A stretch of 58,999 nucleotides of DNA from Spirogloea muscicola (taxonomy: Eukaryota), in the NCBI GenBank assembly GCA_009602725.1, contig WELB01000008.1, positions 118,890 through 177,888 on the forward strand, in the 5' to 3' direction. Under the pieces are notes generated by a model. It was given only the letters and a program-made list of their open reading frames with translations. It was not told the DNA's origin and did not search any database. Numbering within the stretch: position 1 is the stretch's first letter; every line of letters begins with the position of its first letter. This document shows positions 38,362-50,281 of this stretch, piece after piece. Position numbers and translations under genes: made by a program.

Positions 38362-41300
38362 CTATTTGGCACGGAAATCGTGCCGGAAAATGGTCAGGTT
38401 TTGTGTGAATTTGTCTCTATTTTTGGACTCCAGCGTCCTCGCCACGTCCAACATGAGCTTGTCAAAGCACCCGGCCAACCTCTGCTGCTGGTCAGGCGGC
38501 TGCATGGATTGGGGCAAGCAGAAGTTCAGTGGCCCGCTGTCTGGACACGTATCTAGGACGCCCAGCCTGCCAAGGTGCTGGAAGACATTAGATATGGGAG
38601 TGAGGACCAACATATATATGCAAGCTCGTACCTGTGTTGCAAGTATCTGCACTTTTAAGTCGTTGAAGATCTGCACCACAGCCCAGGCAGCCGCAAATGA
38701 GACCATCTTCTTGAAAGAAGCTGTGACATGGTCAGATGACTGTCTATCTGACACTCTCTCCTCTCACTGGACTTCTTGAAAAACAGATTGCAGAGCAGCA
38801 ACTGATCACAAACATCTGACATCCGTTACCCCATGTATGACTATCTTGACCAGCCCAGTCAAGAGTATACAGTACAGCAGTGCTTCGGTCTAGGTAGAAG
38901 TGCTTCACACTCTCCTGAGGACTTAGGCTGGGCATGCTTAAGAAGCTACAAGTGAAGTAACACAGTTACTAAGAGGGCTGGTCTATTCATTTGTCTTGCA
39001 GCCACAGATAGCAAGTCTCATCCACACCTGTTCGCTGATTAATATGAGGCTAAGCATTGGTCTGCTCAGGCTCCATTGATTGCCACAGTCCTCAAAAAGA
39101 ACTATCTCAAACAATGACTTAAGGATCTGCACATCACGCAACTTTCGACATATAAGCTTGCAAACATGTAGCACACATATTTATAGCTAATGTCTGACTT
39201 AGAATGTAACCACCTATGTTGCTTACTCCTGCTCTGAAGCAATGTCTCACTCAAGCAATGTGGCTAGGGAATTGTGTTGCTTGGTGCCAAGTTCTTATTG
39301 CAACATCCAGAGACCGCAAACTGGGCACTCTACCTCTGGAAAGAGATTTGGACATTCCACCAAATGAGTGGTCATCTTGACTGCAGCTGGGGAGGGTGAA
39401 GCTTCTCCTGAAGTCACATTGTTGAAGTAATATGCTGCCAGGTTGTCAATGGCAGATGCACACTGCAAGTACAGTACAGTGGCAGTCAAGACACTGAACA
39501 GACCCGCAAATTTCGAAGTGCCACACAATGATCTCCACATGTCTGTACTAAGGCTTGAAGGGTTTCTGTATGAAGCAAACCTGCGAAGAGATGCTAACTT
39601 CAAGGCACTTTAGCCCTGTCTCTAACGAGCCAACCACGTGGGCAAATGTCGAAGTGTCCAGGTTTAAGATGACAGCAGTGTGATTATGACATAGAACCTC
39701 CAGAAAAGCGAAGTATGATCTAGCAAGCTGCATGCAGCAACAACAAGCATGTGTCAGCTGTTGACAGTTTCACTGCTTGCTTCATTGGGGCTCTTCATGC
39801 TCTAATATACCCTATCACATCCTGCAGGATTCCTTGAGATAATCAGCAGTAACATGCAAGTGATGAGTCAAGCACGACTGCAATGCATTGGCAACCGGCA
39901 AGATGCGAAGTGGTCAAAGGCAGACCTTTCGAAAAGCCATGATGTCAGTGAGTGGTATAGAGAGCGTCATTTTTAGCGACACCTCCAGAGCATCGGCAAG
40001 GGCACGATCCCCGTACAGCTCAAAAACACCAAAGTTCACATAGTTGCCAGCAAGTGCTGTCAGAGCAGCAGACCAGTGTCTTAAGAACGACAGCAAACAA
40101 GTGCCCTTGTGGTGCTTCAACAATGACTGAGGAACTTTGGCAGGTAAGGCAATTGCTAGTGAGCGCACCTCTTGTGAAAATGCTGAGAGCAATCCAAATG
40201 CCCTTGTATTTATATGTGTAGGGGTCTGTTGTCGACGGCAGTAATAAGACTCTTGTTCCATAGGCAACTATCAACTTGCTTACTTCTCTAAATAACAAGA
40301 TGCCGTTGGGCGACGACGAGTCAAATGTCAATCTCTGGGTCTTGTTCATAATAAACTCTGCCATGAACTTCAAGAGTGGCGTCGTAACTTCGGGTGTGTC
40401 TGTCCAATGCTCCAGCGATCTTAAGAGGAGAGGTGTATGTGCAGGGTAGAGCCAGTCAAAAAGGAGCCCATAAGTCCGGCGGCTGCTTACAAGCGCAGGG
40501 ATAGGAGTCAGTAAAGCGCGCCTCTGCTGTACTTTGTTGGCGAACTGGATCCTGTATTTGACACAGGATATATTGTCTTCCAGTCTGTCATGTAAAGCCT
40601 GCCTCTCCTGATTTTACCAGATGCCTTGAAAATGTTAAGTGACACAGGATCTACTGTTTTCCAGTCTTTTATTAGACTCAATCTACAGAGTTCCAAGAGG
40701 CTAACCAGCAGGCGGCCATCAGTTGTGTGACTGCAACTGCTTACCTATTGGTTGCCATCGCAATCCCTCGTAAATCTCTCATGAGGCCAATCAGTGCATA
40801 CTTCACTGCATCTGATCGAAATGCTGTGTCTGGGCTGGCTTCTAGATTAACAAGCACCTGGCATGCACAAAGGCTCGTGTATAGGCAGATATCAGTAATT
40901 GCAGAGCTCCTCAATCATGGAGGGCATGTCCAACTGTGTGTCAAGAGCCAACATGGCCTGCTGTCCATCTCCACTCACCAGCTGAAATGGGGCAATGAAT
41001 GCTTTAAATTTGGCAGGGCTATCTTCCATGAAGAGAAGTCTGCCTAGTGTGAAGTAGAAAGTTGTTCGATTGCTAGAGCTGCTGTACTCGTCCAGAAAGG
41101 GAAAATGTTCCCTCTGCCAGATGGCGATGTTGTCAATCATTAATTTCATTATCAGACGATTCCCAGTGTGGTCAGCAGCAGTCCAAGTGGGACACAAGTC
41201 TGAGCAAGTACATTGGTGAGCTTGCATACTTACACTATGATGGCCAAGAATGAAACCAACAGCCTCTAATTTCAGAAGTAACTTCCCACTCATGTACCTG

Positions 41301-44300
41301 CACATACAAATGCAAAAAGGTAATTGGGGCTTATGTCCCACCTGTCAGGCTTAGTCAGCTCTATCACCAGAAGAGCACTGACCGTCAGGCTGACCAGCCT
41401 GCTCAGCATTGCAGCAATGACTCTGGAGACCGCTACTGCAGAACAGATTAGTTGGAACACTCACCCCCCTGCCAACTCCTGGAAGAGATTAAGAGTCTGC
41501 TCAATCACTTCCTCACACTGCATTATGTCAAGAAGAAGACAAACGGTTCACAACATTGCAAGTATTCACTGTGCAATACCTCAAGTAGCTGAATGAAGGA
41601 TAACACCAAACATAGCGATGAGATGACCATGACAAATTTTGTACAGGTATCAAGCTTGCAGTAGCAATGCTTACCTGGGTATAGCACTTCAAATTCTGTG
41701 CAATCTTTCCAACTGTAAGGTTAAGCACCATCAAATGGTCTTGCAAGCCAAGGAGCTCTGTCAGCCTGGTGTACAGAGCCTGCACGCGATAAGTGATTGT
41801 TAGTACTATACTACGAGGCGTCTCCCTCCACTTTTCTGTGCTGACCAGCAGAGCAAATGCCCATATGCAATTTCGTTGCAGATCTGCCCAGGTGTCTAGA
41901 TATTCTTTGAGATGGTGGACTCCTTCACAGCGCAGGAATCAGAAGTAGTAATACACACCTTGGAGGAGTGCATTGCTTGGTCTCCCACGTAGACACGTCG
42001 GAAATTTTGGAAGAACGAGAGAATGGCTAGGTCAAGACGCTGCTTACTCCGATGATTGTATCGCTGCAGACAGCAATCAACATAAGTTGCTCTTATTTAG
42101 TGGCAAGCTATAGCCAGCCAAGAATAGGTAAAACGAAGAGACTAGCACAAGCTGGCATGAGGTAAACCTGAATATGGCCGCCTGTGTCAGTGACTTGGAT
42201 CAACTGGAACACACGAGCAGCAAGCTCGCCATCAATAACCTCCTGGGACTCCGCACTGGAGACAAGTCGCTATTGCTGTAAGTTATTCACGAAGAGAGAT
42301 GCCTAGCATGACTTCCTCAAGTAGGTGGAGGAAGATCACAGAGGACCACAACTTGATGCAGTAAATCCAAAGTTTGAGTCAATGCTGCCGCTTGGCCCTT
42401 CAGAGGCTAGAAACAGCAATAGACCGTCTAGTAGTAAAGGAATTAACATGTTACCTGCTCGAGCTCAAGCGGCCTCGGATGATAGCTCCAATGATGTGCA
42501 CTAGCCACGTCAGCTGGCCTTCCATCACTGTGAGCGGATTTGCATCCAAACCCTGAGGTACTCTTGCTGCTTCCTGAGGGCATGCACATGACCATCACCC
42601 CCCCAACCTTTGGCCCGTCCTTATTGCAGTCAAGCAATTGAGATTATGTGGGGCTTAGACATATGCTCCAAGAGACACCAATACTTTCAAAGAAGCAAGA
42701 CAAGATCAGAAAAACTTCATACATATCAAGTCCCCTTATAGGATACAGCGGACACAGTTTGACGGAGATGCACCGTCCCGGTACTCACAGTGTACGCTTG
42801 AAGGATGGGTTCCAGAAGTGTTATGATGTATTTGCTGGTCTTCTCGTACTGCACAAGCAGTACCAGCAGCTCCAAAGCTCAAAGAAGAACATTCTACCGT
42901 TGATCTCATCTAAGTGGATGGCCCACACCATGTACACATTCATCACTGACATGGCCATCTCATGGTCTCTATCTTCAGCCATGGTAGTGGAGACGCTTTA
43001 CCTGGAACCTACACAAGTACGGCAAGCTGTCCAACTGATCTTGTAGCTGCTCTTCATTGTTCAAGGGATCCTCTGTGATATTGTTTTGCAAGACGGCCTG
43101 CAGAGTAACCCTTTCTCGTAAGGTGAATGTAGCCACAGAATTTGGTCCTGCCTCCCTCTCACTCTCTGTGACTGTGTGTGTAAGTGCTCAACTTGCAAAT
43201 GCAACCCATGCATAAACAAGCCAGATAAGTACAACTCTGCCAATAAGAGCGGAAGCCTCGTCATACGCTAACCGAGTAGAGGCCTTGATACTAGAAGTAC
43301 TGTAAATGAATGAGGATCTAGGTGACGGTACCTGGACAGAGTCAAGTCTTGATGTAATATAGGCTTCTGTGATTTGAGGGACATAGCTATCCAGGAGGCT
43401 TGGAGAGTCACTCTTTAAGTACGGCATGGAAGATACAAGCCTTGACCACAAGCCAAGCAAGTAGTAGACACTGCCGCTCGCCCACTGGAGAAAGAAGGGG
43501 TAGCAAGTCAATGAGATGCCAACAACCTGCCTCTACGCTTGCTGCCTTTTGAAAGACCAGAATGAGCAGTTGCAGTGTAAGCTAGTCAATGGGATGGCAT
43601 GTAAGTGCATCCCACAGGGATGCACTTACTGCATACCTGCCAGGACTGCAAGGACTTGATAGTGAACTCTGCCACCAACCTTATCCAGTCGCCGTAATTC
43701 TCCACATTCACCAGCTCGGAGAGCTGCCAGAACTAGTGCGCATGTTCAGCTAGGCAGCGGCGAACGAGAGTTCATGCATGTGGATGACATGCAACTGTAC
43801 TTCAGGATGTACGTCATGACATGCATCGGTTGGGGCCAGACTGCAAAACCTGATAGTTGGTTTTCAAGCGTCCTAATAATCGGCAGTATTCATGATAGTT
43901 TTCGTGCTCAGCTAGGCCTGCATGACAAGTAAGATGGCAAAGGCTTATGAATGAAGTTGCTCAAGCAAGAACTGGCCCTTGCTATGCTCATCAGATTGGT
44001 CACTCTATCATAGTCGTGATTTCACTGTATGTACAAGGCTGCCAGGAGGGACTGCCATCGAGTTCGTGACAGGAGCTGGCATGTACACCTTGTTGCAGCC
44101 TGAGGATCTCCCGAGTGCCGTTCATAAGCTGGGACAAAAAAGTGTTGCGCTCTGCCTCTCCTGAAAAGAGAGATCTTCGTACTGAAGCTAGCCTTACCAA
44201 ACATTCTAATGCCTGGAGACTTGTCAACGGCCGGTCAGTATCTTGATTTCGTGACGCCTCACAATCCAAATTCATCCTTTTCGGCAGCCAGCTTGCAATT

Positions 44301-46253
44301 TGTACGTTTGGTACCTGGAGTTGCATGCACATGAGCAACTAACACCTGATCATGTCTCACTTGCTCATATAAAAGTAGCTTGCTCAGCAACGTCTTCTTA
44401 CCTGGTTTGACAGAGGGGGTTTTGTCACAGCATAGTAGTCAAAGAATAGTTGCAGTGTGGATGTGTCCTCCCAAACTGACCTCCATGAGGAAGGGATCTG
44501 ATGAGGTTCCAAGTGCTTCGTTAGCACTTGCCAGCTGTTGACGTGCCATCCTTGACAACATACACGGTTTATGCAATCAGCTATATCTGAATAGCTCATG
44601 TGCTAAGTACAGATATGTCAGGCTACCTTTGAGACAACTATGCTATATCTTACAAACCTGGATTGTTCCAAGATCTTCGGAACTCTCATCAAGGGAAGTC
44701 CCGACAAAATCGAATGACAAACACTTCAGGGCCAACGCTATGGCTTGCTCTCTGAGCTTTTCATCAGCTGCATGTGCAGAAGGACCAATCTGTGGGAATC
44801 AGAATGCCTTACAAAGACCACACATGACCAGCAATGCTTGCACAAGGGCACAGTCGACAGCAGTAATACCGTTCCAGCTGACCTCTTGTCCATCTATTCT
44901 CTGGCTTCCAAATCCACATGCCATAAACACCAGGGCACTGCCTCCTACTTCATTGACAAAGTGACCTCTGCATCGCTTATAGTTGCTTGAGCAATAAATG
45001 ACGTGGCAGACTGAATCCAGCAGGCTCACCATCACTCTGCAGCTGCCTTAAGGAGGTCAGTGAAATCTGGAAAGTCTGAAACAGAGCCAGGTCTCGGAAG
45101 GAGCAAGCAGTTTTTCGATGATGCGTCAAAGAGCGCCCAGGGTTGGACTGCCAGAACGAAGTTAGGAGTCAGCTCGGACATCTGACTTCAATAAGACTTC
45201 GCTGCAAGGCCACAGGATCAAATCTACCCTCCTTTTGCACTCCCACTTAGTCCCTCACTTCATGGCGCATGTGTCACAGCCTTTGCAACTTGCACTGTGA
45301 CTTTCAGGTCCTTCATGCATGTAGCCATTTCGGTATACAAGGCCTAGCTGTGTACTTTGTTGGTGCTTGAGGGAGATGAGATAGGCTTGAAGCCAACAGC
45401 TCACCTGATTCATTTCAGAGACCAGCTGATTGAGGACTTTCAGTCCTATGTAGAAGTGTTCTACAGTCGCCTGCAAATGACGATTGTCATGGCAAACTTA
45501 GAAGGCAGACCTTATGCTTATCACCAAGATCACAAAAAGGAGGAAATGAGGAAATGAGTGTTCAGCTTGTTGCGCGGGCGCTGTGCCGTGAGAGGCTCCT
45601 ACACCTTACACCTCTCCTCGAGTGTACATGCTAGCTGCAGTCAGCTGCTGCGTCATCCCGCCGAACAGAAGAAGCATACCTGGGTGAGAAACTTCATTGC
45701 CTCCTTGACAATGTCTCGGAAGCGGTCGTCGTCGTACCAACCCAGCTTCGTGATTCGGCAGAACAGCTGGATGAGGGAGGTTGTGACAAAAGGCTGGAGC
45801 TTCGGGCCCTTGTTCGCCAGGTATGAGATGACATAAGTTCCTGCGAGGGTAGGCGCGCCGTATGACGGGCGTCCTCAACGTGCGGTGCGCACTGTGGAGC
45901 TGTCTAACGACGACGGAGCTCCTGTCAAGGTGAGATGGGAGACGTCGCCGGGGGAGAGGCTCAGGCAATAGATGGCGGCGGCGAGCGGGGCAGCAGAGGC
46001 GGCGGTGCTCACGGATGTCGAGGCGCAGCTGGAGCGCCAGGGCGTGGTCCGTGACCTGCTTCACCAGGCTGGTGCTGGCGAGCAGCTGCGCGTAGGGCGA
46101 AGATGAGCTGTCGAGGATGTACTGGCACTGCGCGATGTACTCCTGGCTCACCGAGAAGCACTGCAGCGTCTGCTCCGCGTGCGCACGCTCGCCGGGGTCC
46201 GACGAATTGTACAGCCGCTCGCAGAGGCCCTCGAGCGCCGCCAGGCTCTCCAT
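38362..46253 (-). CDS. XPO7: Exportin-7 (RanBP16-like importin-beta family), many exons
   Basis: Starts MESLAALEGLCERLYNSSDPGERAHAE. Contains HRKTACSFRD, ECLVRLASVRRSLF, SVYYLLGLWSRL, LTFDSSSPNGILLFRE, NQWSLSRPML. Ends NRDKFTQNLTIFRHDFRAK*. Confidence 0.95.
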
Positions 46254-47466
46254 GCGCGCCATGGAGAGGCCGCCGGAGCAGCCACCCGGCCGGCTACCGC
46301 GATGNGGCGGCGGCGGCATGGGCGCGGAGCCGGAGGCGCTGGCGGCGGTGCGGCGCCGGCATAATCGTCTGCGGCGCGGCCCGAGGGGCGCGGCAGCCAT
46401 GACCACGGACCTCACGCGGTGCGAGAGGGCGCCGGGGCCCACGGCGGGCCCGCTCGTTACTCCGCCGTCTCGAGACGGCGGCGAAGTGTGGTGAAGCACA
46501 ACCGCGGCATCGTCTCGCCCCCTCTTCTGCAGACGACGCAGGAGGCACCGAGCGCGGCTTAGCTTGTTGCTGGGCTAACGAGCGCCGCCGAGCGGCCGTG
46601 GAGGCCGCAGGCCAGAAGCACGGGGGGGCGACTCCGAACGGGAAAGCCGCTGCCTGCCATTGGAAAGCTTCTCTCTTGGGACCGTAAAAGCCGCTCATGT
46701 GACCATTGGAAAAGCAGAAGGCCGGGCCGCGGATCCAGAAGGTAAAGCGCAGGTACGACGGGGAGAGGCGCGGCCCCGTGGGGAAAGCTGGCGTCGCGGA
46801 GCCGGTCGCTCATGGCTGACCCCGCGAGCCGGGTGACACGCGGGAGGCCAACTGGCAATCGCTGGCGCCGCCGGGAAGGCCGTCAACTGATGTGTAACCC
46901 TCAGCCGACGACGCAGGCGTCGACGAGCCGTCGAGCCGAGAGCCCGCCAAGCCGTAGGCACGCCGCTCACGGGCTATGCTCTTTCGAACATAGCTCTCTC
47001 TTTCGAAGGGTATATTGAGTAACTTCCACAGCGGCCAGTTGTCCTGCTGCTTAGTTCTCTTATTGGGGGCTTCCCCCTTGAATCGTCTTTTTTCTCTTAT
47101 GAATGTGAAAGAAAAGTGACCGATGGCTGTGGAAAAGAAGAAGACTTCTGCCTGTAGTTGCCGACGGCTTTGGAAGGCCAGCCCGAAGCGACTGGACAAG
47201 GTCCGGAGGTGCCAGAAAGCGCCAATCCACTCAGCTACGCAAGTGGCTTCTACTGCCCTGTACAGTTAGCAGCAGCATTCACCGTATTCAATAACCTCTC
47301 TTGGGCGGACCTTTCAAAGCTGGGCGAGCTCTAGTAGGTGGCAGAAGGGCTCCGTTCCTGGCATCTAGTATTCATGCATCGAGTAGTGACCTTTATGTTT
47401 TGACCCGTGGTTATTGAGCGGGTCAATCTGCTGTAGGTTATGTAGATTTTTAGATGTGCTTGCCTT

Positions 47467-47510
47467 TGTACCTGGCCATTTGGCCTACATTTCTTTCTAA
47501 TACACGATCT
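47467..47510 (+). repeat. 44-bp dispersed repeat, identical to 11311-11354, with a diverged copy at ~36260-36322
   Basis: TGTACCTGGCCATTTGGCCTACATTTCTTTCTAATACACGATCT is present verbatim twice. It is probably the 3' end of a second retroelement family (inference). Confidence 0.8.
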
Positions 47511-47997
47511 TTTTCAAAGCAACTGCCTGCTTCTTGGAAGGCCCTTCTCACGATCAACTGTCAAAGCTCCGGCCGCTTAACGAGGGCTACTAATCTCCTC
47601 AGCTATGTGTGCTCCCGTTGAGCGCCTTCATCCTACTTTACTTTGTCGCAGATTTGTCATCATTTTGGGCTGGCCTATCTCAGTCACCGTCTTATCTGAG
47701 AACTTACTTCCCCCCCACAGCGGCTGATTCATGTCAGCAGCCGCTCCTCTTCCACTTGGGGCCCAATGCTGCGAATGTCCTGATTCAGCAAAGGCCCGAC
47801 CAGATATGCATATTCGATCAGCCGAGGCAGGTCGTTTGGCTTTGGGCTCACTGTACTCTGACTGCCCGACCTACGCTCTGGCTTCAATGCCCATGGTGTA
47901 AGATTATTAAATATCTGGACTGAATAAATCTGTACACGTCAGCTTAGCTCCTGTCCCACAGCAACTTTTCATCATGTGGCGGAGCAAAGCACACCAG

Positions 47998-49707
47998 CTA
48001 GAGGACCCACAGGACTCCGCTCAGCGCGCCAATCGTAAGGCCCAGGACCAGGCAGAGCACCAGCAGAATGGCAGCGCTCTCGGCCTCGTAGGACTTGACG
48101 CGCTTGGGGCCGACCATCATCAGCGCTGACGTGAAGAAGCCATTGGTAAGTCCCAAGCAGGCAGTCAGGACCACAATTGGCACCTCGCCTCGGAGGAGCT
48201 GCGGGCCGTGCAGGCACGAGTAAAAGGCCGGGTAGAACAAGAGCCGCAAGACAGGGCCGCCAACCAGGGCCACGTTACCCTGGACGCGCTCAGCCCATGG
48301 CATCACCTTCCCAGCTAGGTCGCAGACATTGAAGAGCGCGATGAGGAGCACAGGGTACCAGTCCCCCAGCACTTCCGACTTGACGTCCTCAGCAAGGAAG
48401 CCTGGGAAGATGGACAAAGTGACAACGTAGACGAGAACCATAGCGCCAGCTAGTGGCCACAGCTGTCGCAGCAAGCTGTGATAGATGGGTTGGCGCCCGC
48501 CAGATGTCGCCTCCCCCATCCCTGATGAAGTTGCAGTTGCTTTTTCAGAGCCGTCCTTGCACCAAGGCCCTCCGGGCATGTGTCGGGCCTCCAGACTGTC
48601 CTCACTGAGCAGCAGGAGGCTCTCCACTGGTGCGGCTCGAAGTGCCTGGTAGTAACGGATGACTGGCAGCTGCACAAGGCGGTGGTATCCGACCAGGCAA
48701 CCAAGGATGAAGGCGCCGCTGACAGCAAAGTAGAGATTGGCGCTGGCGCGCAGCCCGGCGGTGGTGCTTGGCAGCGCTGCCTTGGTAAGGATTCGCAGGA
48801 AGGACACAATGACACCTGCAATGCCCCGAAGCACAGAACCAACCTGAATATATCTTCTGTAGCTCAATCTCTTACACAATTAAAATGTCAATAAGTACTT
48901 TGCACTAGACCTCACGCCTAAAAAGGAGGTGAGCATGGCACGCCTGGTTCTGGCATGACTCGCTTCAGTATCCACTTTGCATCATCAATGTTTCAATGCA
49001 TTCAATGGATCTCACAAGTGTGACCAGAGAGCTGAGCTGGACGGATTATGACACACCTGAGGCGCTGGTGCCCCCCACTAGAGCCTGCGTGTAGTGCGCC
49101 GGCAGCTCGCCAGCAATGCCGTACAGGCTGCCTTGGACCACTGCGTCAGCAACGCCAGTGCCGGCGACTGCCGCCACTGTCACCGACAGCGTGAGTACTG
49201 TGCCACGGTTGCCATGCACGAGTGTCGCGTCGAGCAGCGGGACGACAGCAAGCAGGGCCAGGAACGCCGCGAAGCCGTACACGATGCGGCAACGCGCGGA
49301 CATACGCCGCCCATACCTGCGCGCCGCTTTCCGGACGGCACGACCTCAGTGCCAGCAACAGGCGCAGAGTGGCGGTTGCGGCGGTGCCGGGGGCAGCGGG
49401 CTCACAGCATGAAGAGCCAGAGGACGGCGAGGTCGGGGAGCATGTACGCCACGGCGAAGACGCGGTCGACGTGGGCGCCCGGGTACAGGGCCTCGAAGTA
49501 GTCGGCGGCGGTGATAAAGGCGTTCCATGGCAGCAGGAAGCCCGCGCCGAGCGCGAAGAAGATGGCGTACGCCGCGTGGCGCTCGTCACGCGGCACCGCC
49601 TGCGGCTGCGGCGGCGGCGCCGCGGCGTGGCCGTGGCCTCGGCCTCCGCCGTCGTCCTCCTTGTCGTCCTCCTCCTGCCCGTCGGCCGGCTGACCGCCGT
49701 CCTGCAT
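47998..49707 (-). CDS. ENT1: Equilibrative nucleoside transporter (ENT1-like)
   Basis: LGAGFLLPWNAFITAADYF, DRVFAVAY, QGSLYG, YTQALVGGTSASG, VTLSIFPG, FNVCDLAGK, LGLTNG. Three exons (49707-49406, 49316-~49057, ~48843-47998). Confidence 0.92.
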
Positions 49708-50281
49708 TGCACCGCGCCGCGCCTGAGCCGGCCGACTGGAGGACAGTAAGCCGGCGGTGCCACGCCGCCTGGGACGCCAACGCCGCCGCCGCCGCCGCCG
49801 CCGGCCCCGCCGCGATCAAGACCGCCGCTGCGCCGCCGCCGCCGCAGACAGACGAGCGCGAACTCCGGAGGCCTCAGGAGGCCTCAGGCGGCAGGCCGCC
49901 CGCTAGCGCGGCATCGCCGCTGCCACCGGCGGTGCAGCGGCCCGGCACAGCCGTTCGCCGACGCCAGGACGCCAGGATGCCTTGGCGGCGCAACCGCTGC
50001 CCAGGTCCGGGAAGAGCGCCGCCGCAGCCGCCACGAAAGCCGGCGGGAAAGCCGGGCACCGGATCCGGGGGGCTCGTGAGGTCCGGCCCCGAGTCAGTGT
50101 CTCTCTCAGGCCTCTGGACTCCGACGCCAAGCTAAGCAATACCGTGCACGCTGCGCCGCCCGGGATCGCCGCCGCCGCCGCCGCCACCGCCGCCGCCGCC
50201 GCCACCGCCACCGCCCTTGGCTCTCGCTGCGAGGNCGCCGCCACCGCCGCCGCCGCCGCGGGCGGCGGCGCCGCAGCAGGC

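Noticed and set aside
40555..40670. ~28-bp direct duplication in an XPO7 intron (similar small duplications at 25303 and 52385)
   Set aside because: Ordinary local slippage duplications with no further structure.
46730..46990. GC-rich stretch considered as 7SL, MRP or telomerase RNA
   Set aside because: No diagnostic motifs found; TAACCCTCA is not a convincing template.
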